Below, one piece after another: positions 10,730-23,146 of a stretch of 64,000 bases of DNA (positions within the stretch are counted from its first letter, which is position 1; every line of letters begins with the position of its first letter). The notes below the pieces were generated by a model. It worked only from the letters and a program-made list of their open reading frames with translations, was not told the DNA's origin and searched no databases. Source of the DNA: Mobula hypostoma (Eukaryota). The translations under genes were made by a program, and so were the position numbers. The stretch covers positions 181,972,001 to 182,036,000 of the forward strand of contig NC_086097.1 of assembly GCF_963921235.1 (NCBI RefSeq), in the 5' to 3' direction.

Positions 10730-13700
10730 TATAAGACATAAGAGCAGAATTAGGCCATCTGGCCCATCGAGTCTGCTCCGTCATTCAATCATGGCTGATC
10801 CTTTTTCCCCTCCTCAGCCCCACTCCCTAGCCGTCCAATCTTTGATGCCGTGTCTAATCAAGTTCTGCCTTAAATGTACCCAACGACCTGGCCTCCACAG
10901 CTGCCTGTGGTAACAAATTCCACATATTTACCATCCTCTGTCTAAAGAAATTTCTCTGCACCTCTGTTTTAAATAGACATCCCTCAATCCTGAGGCTGTG
11001 CCTTCTTGTCCTCGACTCCTGCACTATGGGAAACATCCTTTCCACAACTACTCTGTCCAGGCCTTTCAACATTCGAAAGGCATTAATGAGACCCCCCCCC
11101 CCCCCCACCACCAATCCTTCTAAATTCCAGGAGTACTGACACAGAGCCATCAAATGTTCTTCATATGATAACCCCTTCATTCCTGGAATCATCTTTGTGA
11201 ACCTCCTCTGAACCTTCTCCAATGCCAGCACATCTTTTCTGAGATGAGGAGCCCAAAACTGTTCTCAATACTCAAGGTGAGGCCTCTCCAGTGCCTTATA
11301 AAGCCTCAGTAGCACATCCCTGCTCTTGTACTCTAGACCTCTTGAAATGAATGGTAACATTGCATTTGCAGTCCTCACCACAAGCCACCTGCAAGTCAAC
11401 ATTTAGGATGTTCTTCTGTACAAGGACTCCCAAATCCCTTTGCATCTCAGATTTTTGGATTTTCTCCCTATTTAGAAAATAGTCTGCTCATTTATTTCTG
11501 CTACCAAAGTGCATGACCGTGTACTTTCCAAGATTGTATTTCATTTACCACTGTCTTACCCATTCTCCTAATCTGTCTTAAGTCCTTCTGCAACTTGCCA
11601 GTTTCCCAATGCTACCTGCTCCTCCACCAATCTTCATATCATCTGCAAACTTGGCAACAAAGCCAACTATTCCATCACCTAAATAATTGATGTGCAGCAT
11701 AAAAAGAAGTGGTCCCAACACCAACCCCTGAGGAACACCACTAGTCACTGGCAGCCAACCAGAAAAGGATCCCTTTTATTCCCATTTGCTGCCCCCTACA
11801 AATCAGCCAATGCTCTAACCATGCCAGTAACTTTCCTGTAACACCGTGGGCTCTTAACTTAGTAAGCAGTGTCATGTATGACACCTTGTCAAAGGCTTTC
11901 TGAAAGTCCAAATATGCAACATCCACTGCATCCCCTTTATCTATCCTACGTGTAATCTCAGAAGAATTCTAACAGATTCGTCAGGCAAGATTTTCCCTTA
12001 AGGAAACCAGGCTGACTTTGTCTGATCTTGTCCTGTGTCGCCTTAACCTTATCCATAACAATTGACTCCAACATCTTCCCAACCACTGAGGTCAGGTTAA
12101 CTGGTCTGTAATTTTCTTTCTGCTGCCTTCCTCCTTTCTTAAAAAGTGGAGTGACATTTGCAATTTTCCAGTTCTGTGGCACCATGCCAAACTCCAAAGA
12201 TTTTTGAAAGGTTGTCAATAATGCCTCCACAATCTCTAACGCGACCTCTTTCAGAGCCCTAGGGTGCAGTTCATCTGGTCCAGGTGACTTATGTACCCTT
12301 AAGTCTTCCAGTTTTTTGAGCATCGTCTCCCTTGTAATAGTAACTGCATGCATTTCTTTTCCCTCACACTCTTCAACAACTGGCACACTGCTAGTGTCTT
12401 TCACAGTGAAGACTGATGCAAAATACTCATTTAGTTCATCTGTCATCTCCTTGTCTCCTGTTATTTCTCTGGTCTCATTTCCTAGTGGTCCTATATCCAC
12501 TCTCATTTCTCTTTTAGTCTTTACATATTTGAAAAAGCTTTTATTATCCACTTTGATATTGTGTGCTAGCTTGCTTTCATATTTCATCTTTTCCCTCCTA
12601 ATGATTCTTTTAGTTGCTCTCTGTTGGGTTTTAAAAGCTACCCAATTCTCTGTCTTCCCATTAATTTTTGCTTTGTTGTATGCCCTCTCTTTTGCTTTTA
12701 CATTATCTTTGATATCCCATATCAGCCACAGTTGTACTATTTTTGCATTTGAGAATTGCTTGTTTTTGGAGTACATTGATCGTGGAGCTTCCTCATTTTT
12801 TACCCAGAAACTCACAACATTGCTGCTCTGCTGTCATCCCTGCCAGCATCACCTTCCAATTTACTTTGGCCAACTCCTCTCTCATACCACTATAATTTCT
12901 TTTACTCCACTGAAATACTGCTCTGTCAGACTCTACTTTCTCCCAATCAAATTTCAAGTTGAACTCAATCATATTGTGATCACTATCTCCTCAGGGTTCT
13001 TTTATCTTAAGCTCACTAATTACCTCCAGTTCATTACATAACACCCAATCCAGTATAACTGATCCCTGGTAGACTCAACGAGAAACTGCTCTAAAAGGTC
13101 ATCTCATAGATATTCAATAAGCTCACTCTCTTGAGATCCATTTACAACTTGATTTTCCCAATTGACCTGCATGTTGAAATCTCCCATGACAATCAAAACA
13201 TTGCCCTTTTGGATGCGCTTTTTCTATTTCCTGTTATAATCTGTGGTCCACATCCCAGCTACTGTTGGGAGGCCTTGATATAACTGGCATCAGGGTCCTT
13301 TTACCTTTGTGGTTTCTTAATTCAACCCACAAGGATTCAGCATCTTCCAATCCCATGTCACATCTTTCTACTGATTTGATGCCATTCTTTACCAGCAACA
13401 ATCAACTGGTCCCGCCCAAGGATCTTGGCCTAAAACGTTGACTGTACTTTTTTCCATTGATGCTGCCTGGCCTGCCTAGTTCCTCCTACATTTTGTGTGT
13501 GTTGCTTTCCTATAACTCTGATCTCCTTACTGTTCCGTACAAGCCAAAGGTCACCCAGCTGCTGCTCCAGATCTCTGACACTGTCTTCAAGGTGCTTTAG
13601 CCAGATGCACTTCACGTAGATGTAGTTCCCTGGAGACTCTGGGTCTCCCAGGACTCTGAACATCCAGCATGAAGAGCACACAACAGCCACTTACTACACT
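10730..13700 (-). mobile_element. CR1 LINE (ORF2 remnants plus ORF1 N-terminus)
   Basis: KSPGPDELHPRALKE, NYRPVNLTSVVGK, YLDFQKAFDKV and LEKVQRRFTKMIPG. ORF 13430-13690 (MAVVCSSCWM...C..C...LEQQL) is the ORF1 zinc-finger/leucine zipper. Small PLE fragment near 13405-13510. Confidence 0.9.
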
Positions 13701-13728
13701 AGGTACAGTGAGGGGAAAAAAGAGACCC

Positions 13729-14498
13729 TGAAATGAAATGAAGAGAAATATGAAATGAAGTATCTTTATTGTCATTGCATAGTACAATTTGTCATGCACC
13801 AATACAGCGAAAATGAGTTTGCAACTCTCGTACTCGATACTGTAAAACAACAAATAAAATAAATAAACAATAAATAAAATCAAGTAACCAGCCAGTGCAA
13901 ACAATGTCCAGCAGTACAAAAACACAACTCAGATACATGACAGCCATAAAACCAGTATTAAAGTAGCAGTATAACAAATTTATGGATGATGCTTGATCGA
14001 TTGGTTCAGAGCAATTATAGCTCTGGGGAAAAAGCTATTTTTCAGTCTGAAAGTGCAGGCATAGAAAATCTTATAACGTTTGCCGGATGGAAGGAGTTCA
14101 AACTGATGATTGCATGGGTGAATATTGTCCTTACAGATGCTTGTAGCTTTCCTTAGGCAGCGAGAGCTGTAGGTGTACTCCAGGGCTGGGAGCTGTGTCC
14201 GGATGATCTTGGAGACGACCCGCTGAAGTGCTTTCCTATCAGCTGCTGTACAACTGAGATACCACACAGAGATGCAGTATGTTAAGGTGCTCTCTATGGT
14301 GCAGTGGTAAAAGGTCACCAGCATCTGTTCTGGTAGACCAGCTTTCTTCAGCGTCCTGAGGAAAAACAAGCGTTGCCGTGCTTTCTTAACTATTGTAGTG
14401 GTGTTACAGGGCCACGTAAGGTCTTCTGAGATGTGTATTCCCAGAAACCTGAAACTGGACACTCTCTCTATTATGTCTCCGTTAATGTAGACTGGAGC
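13729..14498 (-). mobile_element. Rex1/Babar LINE, 3' part (split by L1)
   Basis: VSSFRFLGIHISEDLTW, VKKARQRLFFLR and LPSGKRY motifs. (TTTCA)n-like tail near 13729-13760. Confidence 0.88.
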
Positions 14499-16979
14499 TG
14501 ACTTAATTGCAATAGAAAGAGGCTCAATTGCAATTGCAAAAAGAAGAGGGGACAGTGGGCAGCCTTGGCGAGTGCCACGTTTTAATGGGAAATAGCCAGA
14601 TCGAAAATAATTTGTCTGTATACACGCTGAAGGCGAGTGGTATAATAGCTTAACCCAAGCTATAAATATACTGCCAAATCCAAATTTCTCCAAAACACTA
14701 AATAAGTATACCCATTCCACTCTATCAAATGCCTTCTCCGCGTCCAAGGCGATAACAACCTCTGGACTTGGAGAATCACTCAGTGAATAAACCACATCAG
14801 CCAGTCGACGGATATTAAAAAAAGAATAGCAATTTTTAATAAAACCTGTTTGATCATCTGAAATTATCTTGGGAAGGGGATGTTCTGAACGACATTTAGA
14901 ACATGTTATAAGAGAGGACATGGAACACCGTGTTTCCCTATATGCTGATGACCTCTTACTTTATGTTAGCGACCCTATAGGTAGTAGTCCTGCTATTGTG
15001 TCATTATTAGGTCAATTTGGAGCCTTCTCTGGCTATAAACTGAACTTTCAAAAAAGCAAATGCTTTCCCATTAATAACTTGGCCCTACAGATCCGACAGG
15101 AATCCTTGCCCTTTCCTTTATCTCAAGATGGTTTTGTATACCTAGGAATACATATTACTCGCTCTTTTACATCTCTGTTTGAAGCTAACTACAGGCCTCA
15201 GGTTAGCCAAATGAAGGCTGATTTCGAGAGATGGCGCAGTTTACCCCTTACTATAGCTGGGAGAATTCAGTCAGTGAAAATGACTACACTTCCTAGATTT
15301 CTCTATTTGTTTCAGTGTTTGCCAGTTTTCTTATCTAAGTTATTTTTTAAATCAGTTGATCAAGCTATAACCTCCTTTATTTGGGAAAATAAGGTCCCAA
15401 GGATTAATAAGCGCATTCTTCAAAGAGGTCGTGACATAGGTGGAATGGGTCTTCCCAGCTTTATTCATTATTACTGGGCATCGAACATTCAAAAAGTATT
15501 ATTTTGGCTTCACCGGCCAGATATAATCTGGTGCCTGCTTGAGTCACGATCTTGCCACTCCTCATCTCTCCCAGCTTTGGTGTATTCTTCCTTACCATTG
15601 AAATCCTCTCAATTCACATCTAACCCGGTCGTGCTCTCTACCCTCAAAATTTTTTATCAATTTCGCTGCCACTATGAGTTCATATCAGCTTCAGTTTTGG
15701 GCCCCATTCATAAAAACCATTTATTTCCTCCCTCCACATTCGATTCAGCTTTTAGACAATGGGGTTTGAATGGTCTTATGCACATTAAGGATTTGTATAC
15801 TGATAACATATTTGATAGTTTTGATAACCTGCGCGGTAAGTATGGCCTTCCGCATAATCATTTTTTTAAATACCTGCAGATTCGCCACTTTGTCAAGGAA
15901 AAATTTCCCTCTTTTCCTGTTCTACCACCTGCTATGTTATGGGAAAAATTCACTCTTAGCTTTAACAATAAGGGGCTGATTTCTGAACTATACTCTCAGC
16001 TGATGTCTTTGGGAGTTCAAGATCTAAACAAAACTACGAGTAGGTGGGAGGACGACCTCGGTATGGACCTTGCGGAAGAATATTGGGCAAAAGTATTGAA
16101 TAGGGTTCATTTCTCATCATCATGTGCTAGACTGGGGCTCATACAATTCAAAGTTTTACACAGGGTACATTTAAGTAAAGCCAGACTGGCAGACATATAC
16201 CCTGGGACAGACGCTGGCTGTGACAGGTGTTCCTTCTCTCCGGCTGGTTTAATACATGCATTTTGGTCATGCCCTCGGCTTGATGACTATTGGGCACTGG
16301 TTTTTAAAATTATCAGTGAGGTTTTGGGGGTGACACTGAGACCTTGCCCACTTATAGCTGTATTTGGTGTGGCAGATGATGATTTGGGTTTAAATGCAAG
16401 CCAGTCGGATATCATTGCATTTACATCGCTATTGGCCCGTAGGAGAATTTTGCTGGTTTGGAAATCTGCCACTCCCCCAACTGCTGCTGCTTGGTTCGAA
16501 GATGTAATGTTTTTTCTGAAATTAGAAAAGATTAAATTCACTTTGAGGGGGTCTGTGAAAAAGTTCTATTCAAAATGGGGACCTTTCTTATCATATTTTG
16601 GGAGTCTTAAGGAATTACCTACTAGTTGAGGGCATTTGATTGTACTTAGGAAGTTGCCTCCCATTTAACACACTTATAATTTACCTCACAGGGTGGTTGA
16701 TGAATTGTAAATATGAGTGTATTTTGGATCATCTGACATGTTGCAGATGTGTATGAGCTGTCGTATTGAAGTAGTGTGGGGGTACGGTTGTGAAATGTCC
16801 ATACTTGTATTTGTGAATTGTTGTGTTGTAGATATATTAGCTGCCATGATATGTTCGGGGAGGGTGGGTGGGGGGGAGGTTTGTTTTGGGGGTACGATAC
16901 TAAAGCAAAATGGAGGAAAATGTAATCCATTATATATTCTGTATTGTGTCATTCCTTCAATAAAAATAAATAAATATAA
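14499..16979 (+). mobile_element. 5'-truncated, 5'-inverted L1 retrotransposon
   Basis: 15-bp TSD AATGTAGACTGGAGC at 14484-14498 and 16980-16994. Inverted ORF2 segment 14499-~14873, direct segment from ~14905, AATAAA and A-rich tail. Confidence 0.93.
14905..16629 (+). pseudogene. L1 ORF2 C-terminal half (RT YADD to CCHC zinc knuckle), open frame
   Basis: VSLYADDLLLY, SGYKLNFQKS, YLGIHI, GGMGLP and CDRC-x8-HAFWSC in the 586-aa ORF. N-terminal part missing. Confidence 0.9.
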
Positions 16980-17310
16980 AATGTAGACTGGAGCGTACTC
17001 ATCATCCCATGACTTTCCAAAATTGATAATTAGCTCCTTAGTCTTTGCTGTATTAAGAGACAGGTTGTTCTCTGAGCACCAGCTCACTAAGTTCTGTACC
17101 TCCACTCTGTACGCTGATTCGTCTCTGTTGGAGATCAACCCGATCACTGTTGTGTCGTCTGCAAATTTGAGGATGGTATTCGTGTTAAATGCAGGTACAC
17201 AGTCGTAAGTGAAGAGTGAGTAGAGTATGGGACTTAATACACAACTTTGTGGTGTACCAGTGTTCAGGATAGTAGTGGAGGACAGGTGAGGGTCCAGTCT
17301 CACTGCCTGT
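16980..17310 (-). mobile_element. Rex1/Babar LINE, 5' part (continues 13729-14498)
   Basis: GTPQSCVLSPILYSLFTYDC, KFADDTTVIGLI and TKELII motifs. Confidence 0.88.
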
Positions 17311-17844
17311 GAATGCTCTGTAACAGAAACTTAATGTCTCCAGAATGGTGGTTACTGTAAATGAATGGTTGTTTGGGGGATCTCTTTAATCTTCAAAGCA
17401 GTAGGTCTTCAATGATTTTAAATACAGTCAACTGTCAAAGAAAGAGTTCAAATTTGAATTGCCTGGAGCAGTGAATGATATTGATGCATCTTCTACTCAA
17501 AGGCATTTTAGGATAGCTTGCATCTGGGGTAATTCATAGAGAAAATGTCCACAAATTCCTGGACTGCAGTAGCAGAGTTTAGGGTAAAGTCAGCTCTCAT
17601 TTCCTTTGGGCTGGCCTGGTCCTGGTGGGGCCTCTGGCCAAGTGGAATAAGGAGATGGGTGCACTCTGATGGAGCAGGCTGAGAAGGACTCACTAATTAG
17701 TTTGAGTGAAAGGGGACATTCTGACTGAGGGGAGGCCATTCTAGTCAGTTGACAGAGGGTAATGAGTCAGGATTTTGGGAGAAAGTGTGACTCTGGGCAG
17801 GAGAAGGAGGAGATATAGTGATTGGCAGGGAAAGTGATCATAAA

Positions 17845-19798
17845 GTCATATAGCATGGAAATAGGATCATTGGCCCAACTGGTGCAAGCAAATCGGAATT
17901 CCCATCCAAGCCTTCCCCTTTGTCAGTGTTTGGCCCATATCCCTATAATTTTTGTCTACACACATACCTGTGCAAGTGCCTTTTAAATATTGTTATTTTA
18001 CCTGCCTTGACCACTTCCTCTGGCAGCTCATTCCATTAGACGTAGGAGCAGAGTTTAAGTAATTTGTGCTATTGAGTTCACTCTGCCATGGTTGATTCAT
18101 TTTCCTTTCAAACCCATTCTCCTGCCTTCTCCCTGTAACCTTTCATGCCCTGACTAATCAAGGACCTATCAACCTCTGCCTGAAACACACCCGATGACCT
18201 GGCCTTCACAGTGGTATGTGGCAACGAATGCACAGATTTGCCACCCTCTGGGTAAGGAAATTTCTTTTCAGCTTCATTCTAAATGGACGTCCTTCTTTAT
18301 TGAGGCTGTACCCTCTGGTTCTAGACTCTCCCACTATCAGGAACATCCTCTTCACATTCACTCTATCTTGGCCTTTCAACATATGATTGGGTATCTCATT
18401 GAAACTCTCAATCTTCCAGTGTCCTGTGAGTACAGGCCCAGAGCCATCAAATACTGCTCAAGTGATAAGCCTTTCCCACCTGGATCATTTTCATGAACCT
18501 CCCTTGAATCCTCTCTAATGTCAGTACATTTTTTCTTAGAGAAGGGGCCCAAAACTGATCACAATACCAAAGGTGAGGCCTCACCAATGCCTTATAAAGC
18601 CTCAGCATTACATCCTTGTTTTTGTATTTTAGTCGTCTTGAAATGAATGCTAACACTGCATTTGCTTTCCTCATCACCAACTCAACCTTCAAGGAATCCT
18701 GCACGAGGACTCCCATGTCCCTTTCCACCTTGAATTTTTGAATTTTCTCTCCTTTCAGAAAATAGTCTATGCTTTTATTTCTTCGACCAAAGTGCATGAC
18801 CGTTCACTACCCGACTCAGTATTCTGTCACTTCTTTGCCCATTTTCACATCTGTTTCAGTACTTTTGCAGCCTTCCTACCTCTTCAACACTTATCTTCAT
18901 ACTGTCTGCAAACTTGGCCACAAAGCCATCAATTCCACCATCCAAATAATTGACGTACAACATAAAAGTAAGTGGTCCCACCACTGACCCATTCAGAACA
19001 CCACTAGTCATCGCCTGCCAATCACCCAATGCTTTATCCATACTAGTATCTTTCCTGAAATATCAGGGGCACTTATTTTGCTAAGCAGTCTCGTGTGCAG
19101 CATCTTGTTAAAGGCCTTCTGAAAATCCCAGTACACAGCTTCCACAGATTGTCCTTTGTTTATCCTGCTTGTTATTTCCTCAAAAGATTCCAAGAAATTT
19201 GTCAGGCAAGATTTCCCCTTAAAGAAACCATGCTGACATTGGGTTATTTTATTGTGTGCCTCCAAGTACCCCGAAACCTTATCGTTGACAATCAATACCA
19301 ACATCTTCTCAAACAATGAGGTCAGACTAATTGGCCTAATTTCCTTTCTCCTGCCTTCATTCCTTCTTGAGGAGTGGAGTGATATTTGCAAATTTCCAGT
19401 CTTCCGGAACCATTCCAGAATCTAGTGATTCTTGAAAGATCATTAATAATGGCTCCAGAATTTCCTCAGCTACCTCTTTCAGAACCCTGCAATGCAGTCC
19501 ATCTGGCCCAGGTGGCTTATCTACCTTCAGACTGTTCAGCTTCCCAAGGACCTTCTCCCAAGCAAAAGTAACTGCACTCTCTTCTGCCCCTTGATACTCT
19601 AAAACTTTTGGCACACTGCTAGTGCCTTCCACAGGGAAGAATGATGCTAAATGCTTATTCTATTAATCTGACGTGTCCTTGTCCTCCATTACTACCTCTC
19701 TAGCATAATTTTCCAGAGTCCAATGTCTACACTTACCTCACTTTTACTTTCTGGAAGCACTTTTGGTATCCTCTTTGATACTATTGGGTAGCTTACCT
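17845..19798 (-). mobile_element. CR1 LINE 3' tails and ORF2 remnant
   Basis: MHFGRRNK, LYKALVRPHL, KFAD, DFQKAF and PGPDGLH motifs. Confidence 0.88.
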
Positions 19799-20963
19799 CA
19801 ATGGCTCTTTGACCACGTGGACAATATAAACACCTATGTCAGGATGCTGTTCTTTGACTATAGTTCAGCATTTAACACCATCATTCCCTCAATCCTGATT
19901 GCTAAGTTACTGAACCTGGGCTTTTGTACCTCCCTCTGCAGTTGGATCCTCGACTTCCAAACTGGAAGACCACAATCTGCGCGGATTGGTGATAATATCT
20001 CCTTGCTGACAATTAACACTGGTGCACTTCAGAGGTGTGTGCTTAGCCCACTGCTCTGCTCTCTATATACACACGACTGTGTGGCTAGGCACAGCTCAAA
20101 TACCATCTATAAATTTGCTGATGGTACAACCATTGTTGGTAGAATCTCAGGTGGTGATGAGAGGACATACAGGAGTGAGATATGCCAACTAGTGGAGTGG
20201 TGTCACAGCAACATCCTTGCACTCAACGCCAGTAAGATGAGAGAGCTGATTGTGGATTTCAGGAAGGATAAGATGAAGGAAAACATACCTATCCTCATGG
20301 AGCGATCAGAAGTAGAGAGAGTGAGCAGTTTTGACTTTCTGGGTGTCAAGATCTCTGAGGACCTAACCCAGTCCCAACATATCAATGCAGTTATAAAGAA
20401 GGCAAGACAGCAGCTATATACAATTAGGAGTTTGAAGGGATTTGGCATGTTAACAAATACACTCAAAAACTTGTATAGATGTACTGTGGAGAGCATTCTG
20501 ACAGGCTGCATCACTGTCTGGTATGGGGAAGGTAGGCTGCAGAGGGTTGTAAATTTAGTCGGCTCCATCTTGGGTATTAACCTACAAAATACCCGGGACA
20601 TCTTCAAGGAGTGGTGTCTCAGAAAGGCAGCATCCATTATTAAGGACCACCAGCACCCAGGGCATGCCCTTTTCTCATTGTTACCATTAGATAGGAGGTT
20701 ACAAAAGCATGAAGGCACCCACTCAGCGATTCAGGAGCATCTTCTTCTCCTCTGCCACCTGATTCATAAATGGACATCGAACCCATGAGCACTACTTCAC
20801 TTTTTTAATGTATATTATTTCTGTTTTTGCACAATTTTTAATTATTCAATATACATATACTGTAACTTACTTTTTCTTCCATATTATGTATTGCATTGAA
20901 CTGCAGCTGCTAAGTTAACAAATTTCACGACACATGCTGGTGATAATAAACCTGATTCTGATT
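19799..20963 (+). mobile_element. 5'-truncated Rex1/Babar LINE inserted in CR1
   Basis: ORF 19763-20788 has [22 protein letters not shown] and KFADGTT. (GATTCT) tail. 7-bp TSD CTTACCT at 19792-19798 and 20964-20970. Confidence 0.9.
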
Positions 20964-21600
20964 CTTACCTTCATATTTAATTTTTTCCGTTTTTTTTTTC
21001 ATTTGCCTTCTTTTGTTTTTTAAAATCTTCACAATCCTTTAACTTTCCACTAATTTTTGCTCGATTATATGCCCTTTCTTTTGCTTTTATGCTGACATTG
21101 ACTTGCCCTGTCAGCTACAGTTGCGTCATCTTCCCTTCAGAATACAACTTCTTCTTTGGGATGTATCTATCCTCTGCCTTCCAAATTGCTCCCAGAAACT
21201 CCAGCCATTGCTGCTGCAGTCATCCTTGCTATTGTCCCTTCCAGTCAATTTTGTCCAGCTCCTCTCATGTCTCTGTAATTCCCTTTACTCCACTGTAATA
21301 CTGATACTTTTGACTTTAACTTCTCCCTCTGAAATTGCAGAGCGAATTCTGTTATATTATGATCTCTGCCTCCTAAGGGTTTGTTTACCTTATGTTCTTT
21401 AATCAAATCAGGTTCATTATACAACTCCCAATCCAGAATAGCTGATCCCCAAGTGACTCAACCACAAGCTGCTCTAAAAAACCATTTCATAGGCATTCTA
21501 CAAATTCTTTCTCTTGGGATTCAAAATCAGCACCAAACTGATTTTCCCAATATACCTGCATATTGGAATCCCTCATGATTATCACATAGTTGCCCCTTGG
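20964..21600 (-). mobile_element. CR1 ORF2 continuation (endonuclease side)
   Basis: Collinear with 12570-13210 and 7545-8160. Confidence 0.8.
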
Positions 21601-21603
21601 TAT

Positions 21604-22105
21604 GAACATAGAATTCTCCAACTTCCGGTAGTTCCCTCCCCCTCCCTTCCCCTATCCCGATGTCACTCTGCCCCCTCCCCCAGCTGCCTACCACCTCCCT
21701 CTTGGTTCCGCCTCCTACTGCCCATTGTGTGTTTCCCCCATTCTTTCTTCACCTTTCCTGCCTATCACCTCCCTGCCTCCCTTCCCCCACCCCTTTATCT
21801 TTCCCCTGACGAAGGGTCTCGGCCTGAAACATCGACTGCACCTCTTCCTAAAGATGCTGCCTGGCCTGCTGCATTCACCAGCAACCTTGATGTGTGTTGC
21901 TTATCTTTTCCCTTACTGGTTTTTCACCTGGAACCTACCAGCCTTCTCCTTCCCACCTTCTCCTTCCCACCCTCCCCCCACCTTCTTTATAGGGCCTCTG
22001 CCCTTCCCCCTACCGTCCTGACGAAGGGTTCCGGCCCGAAACGTCGACCGATCTTTTTCATGGATGCTGCCCAACCTGCTGAGTTCCTCCATTGTGTTGT
22101 GAGTG
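21604..22105 (+). mobile_element. Composite of Penelope 3'-end fragments from different subfamilies
   Basis: Pyrimidine-rich 3' UTRs and two hammerhead motifs (21806-21838, 22013-22050). Confidence 0.8.
22013..22050 (+). ncRNA. Minimal type I hammerhead ribozyme (variant subfamily)
   Basis: GTC-CTGACGA-A-GGGTTCCGGCCC-GAAA-CG-TC-GAC. Confidence 0.75.
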
Positions 22106-22928
22106 TCACACGTCCCTTTTGTATAGGTCATACCTTCTCCAGAGGAGATCGCAATGATCCATAAATCTGAACTGCTCCCCCTTGCACCAGTTCCTCAGCC
22201 AGGCATTCACCTGCTGTCTCATCCTATTCTTACCCTTACTGGCATGTGGCACAGGCAGCAATCCAGGAATTAGTCTCCTGGAGGTTATGCTTTTCAACTT
22301 TGTACCCAAGTTCTCTAAATTCTTTCTTCAGGACCTCCTCCTTTTTCTTGTTTACCCATGTAATTGGTGGCTATATGGCTCCTAGCTGCACACCCTCCTC
22401 TTTTAGAATTCCATGAGCCCTACCCTAAACGTCCCTGATCCTGGCACCTGGGAGCCGACATACCATCTGGGTGTTTCTAATACACCAACAGACTTTTGTG
22501 TCTATTCCTCTAACTATGGAATCTCCAATCATGACTGCAGTCCTCGTCTTTTCCATTCTGGGCCACAGTGCCAATCTCAGTGACAGAGACTGAGTTTCGT
22601 GGTGCCCCCCCCCCCCCGGTAGGTCGTCCACTCCAACTGTATCCAAAATGGAAATTTTTAAAGGGAATGTCCACAGGGCATTTACTGCTGGCCCATTTCC
22701 CTTTCCTTTCCTGACATCACTGAGGTACTTGCCTCCTGCAACTTGGGCATGATTACCTCCCTCTGCTTTCAGCTTCTCAGTTTCCCATATGAGCCAAAGG
22801 TCATCGAGCCGCAGCTCCGGTTTCCCAACTTGTTCTCTGAAGAGTTGCAGCTTGGTGTACCTGATGTGGGAATTCTGGAAACACATCCACATCTCACATA
22901 GAGAACATAGCATAGTCCCCCGAGCCAT
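22106..22928 (-). pseudogene. CR1 ORF1 remnant (zinc finger/leucine zipper plus SGNH esterase)
   Basis: MLCSLCEMW...VMIGDSIVR...LPGARIRDV and GLLPVP...VNAWLRNWCKGEQFRF. Frameshifted. Confidence 0.85.
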
Positions 22929-23146
22929 TGTTACTGCTCTAACTATGAACTAACAGATGAAGAGTGAAATAGAGGAAAGTTACCAGATACTTACTTGATG
23001 AGCCAAAGCGACCTCCCCCCACCGGCCCCACTCCAACAATGGCCGCTCTGCTTGTTCCTGCCTTATTTTTGTTTGTCCTTGCTAATGAATCACGATTTGA
23101 TTGGGCTACTGGTAAATGCTGATAGCCCATGAATGCTCCTTTTTAA

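Noticed and set aside
12316..13041. 241-aa hydrophobic ORF suggesting a membrane protein
   Set aside because: Antisense shadow of the Lys/Glu-rich CR1 ORF2.
13980..14921. 313-aa ORF that looks like a novel RT
   Set aside because: Chance in-frame fusion of the inverted L1 segment with the Rex1 host across the TSD. It has no YADD or KFADD catalytic motif.
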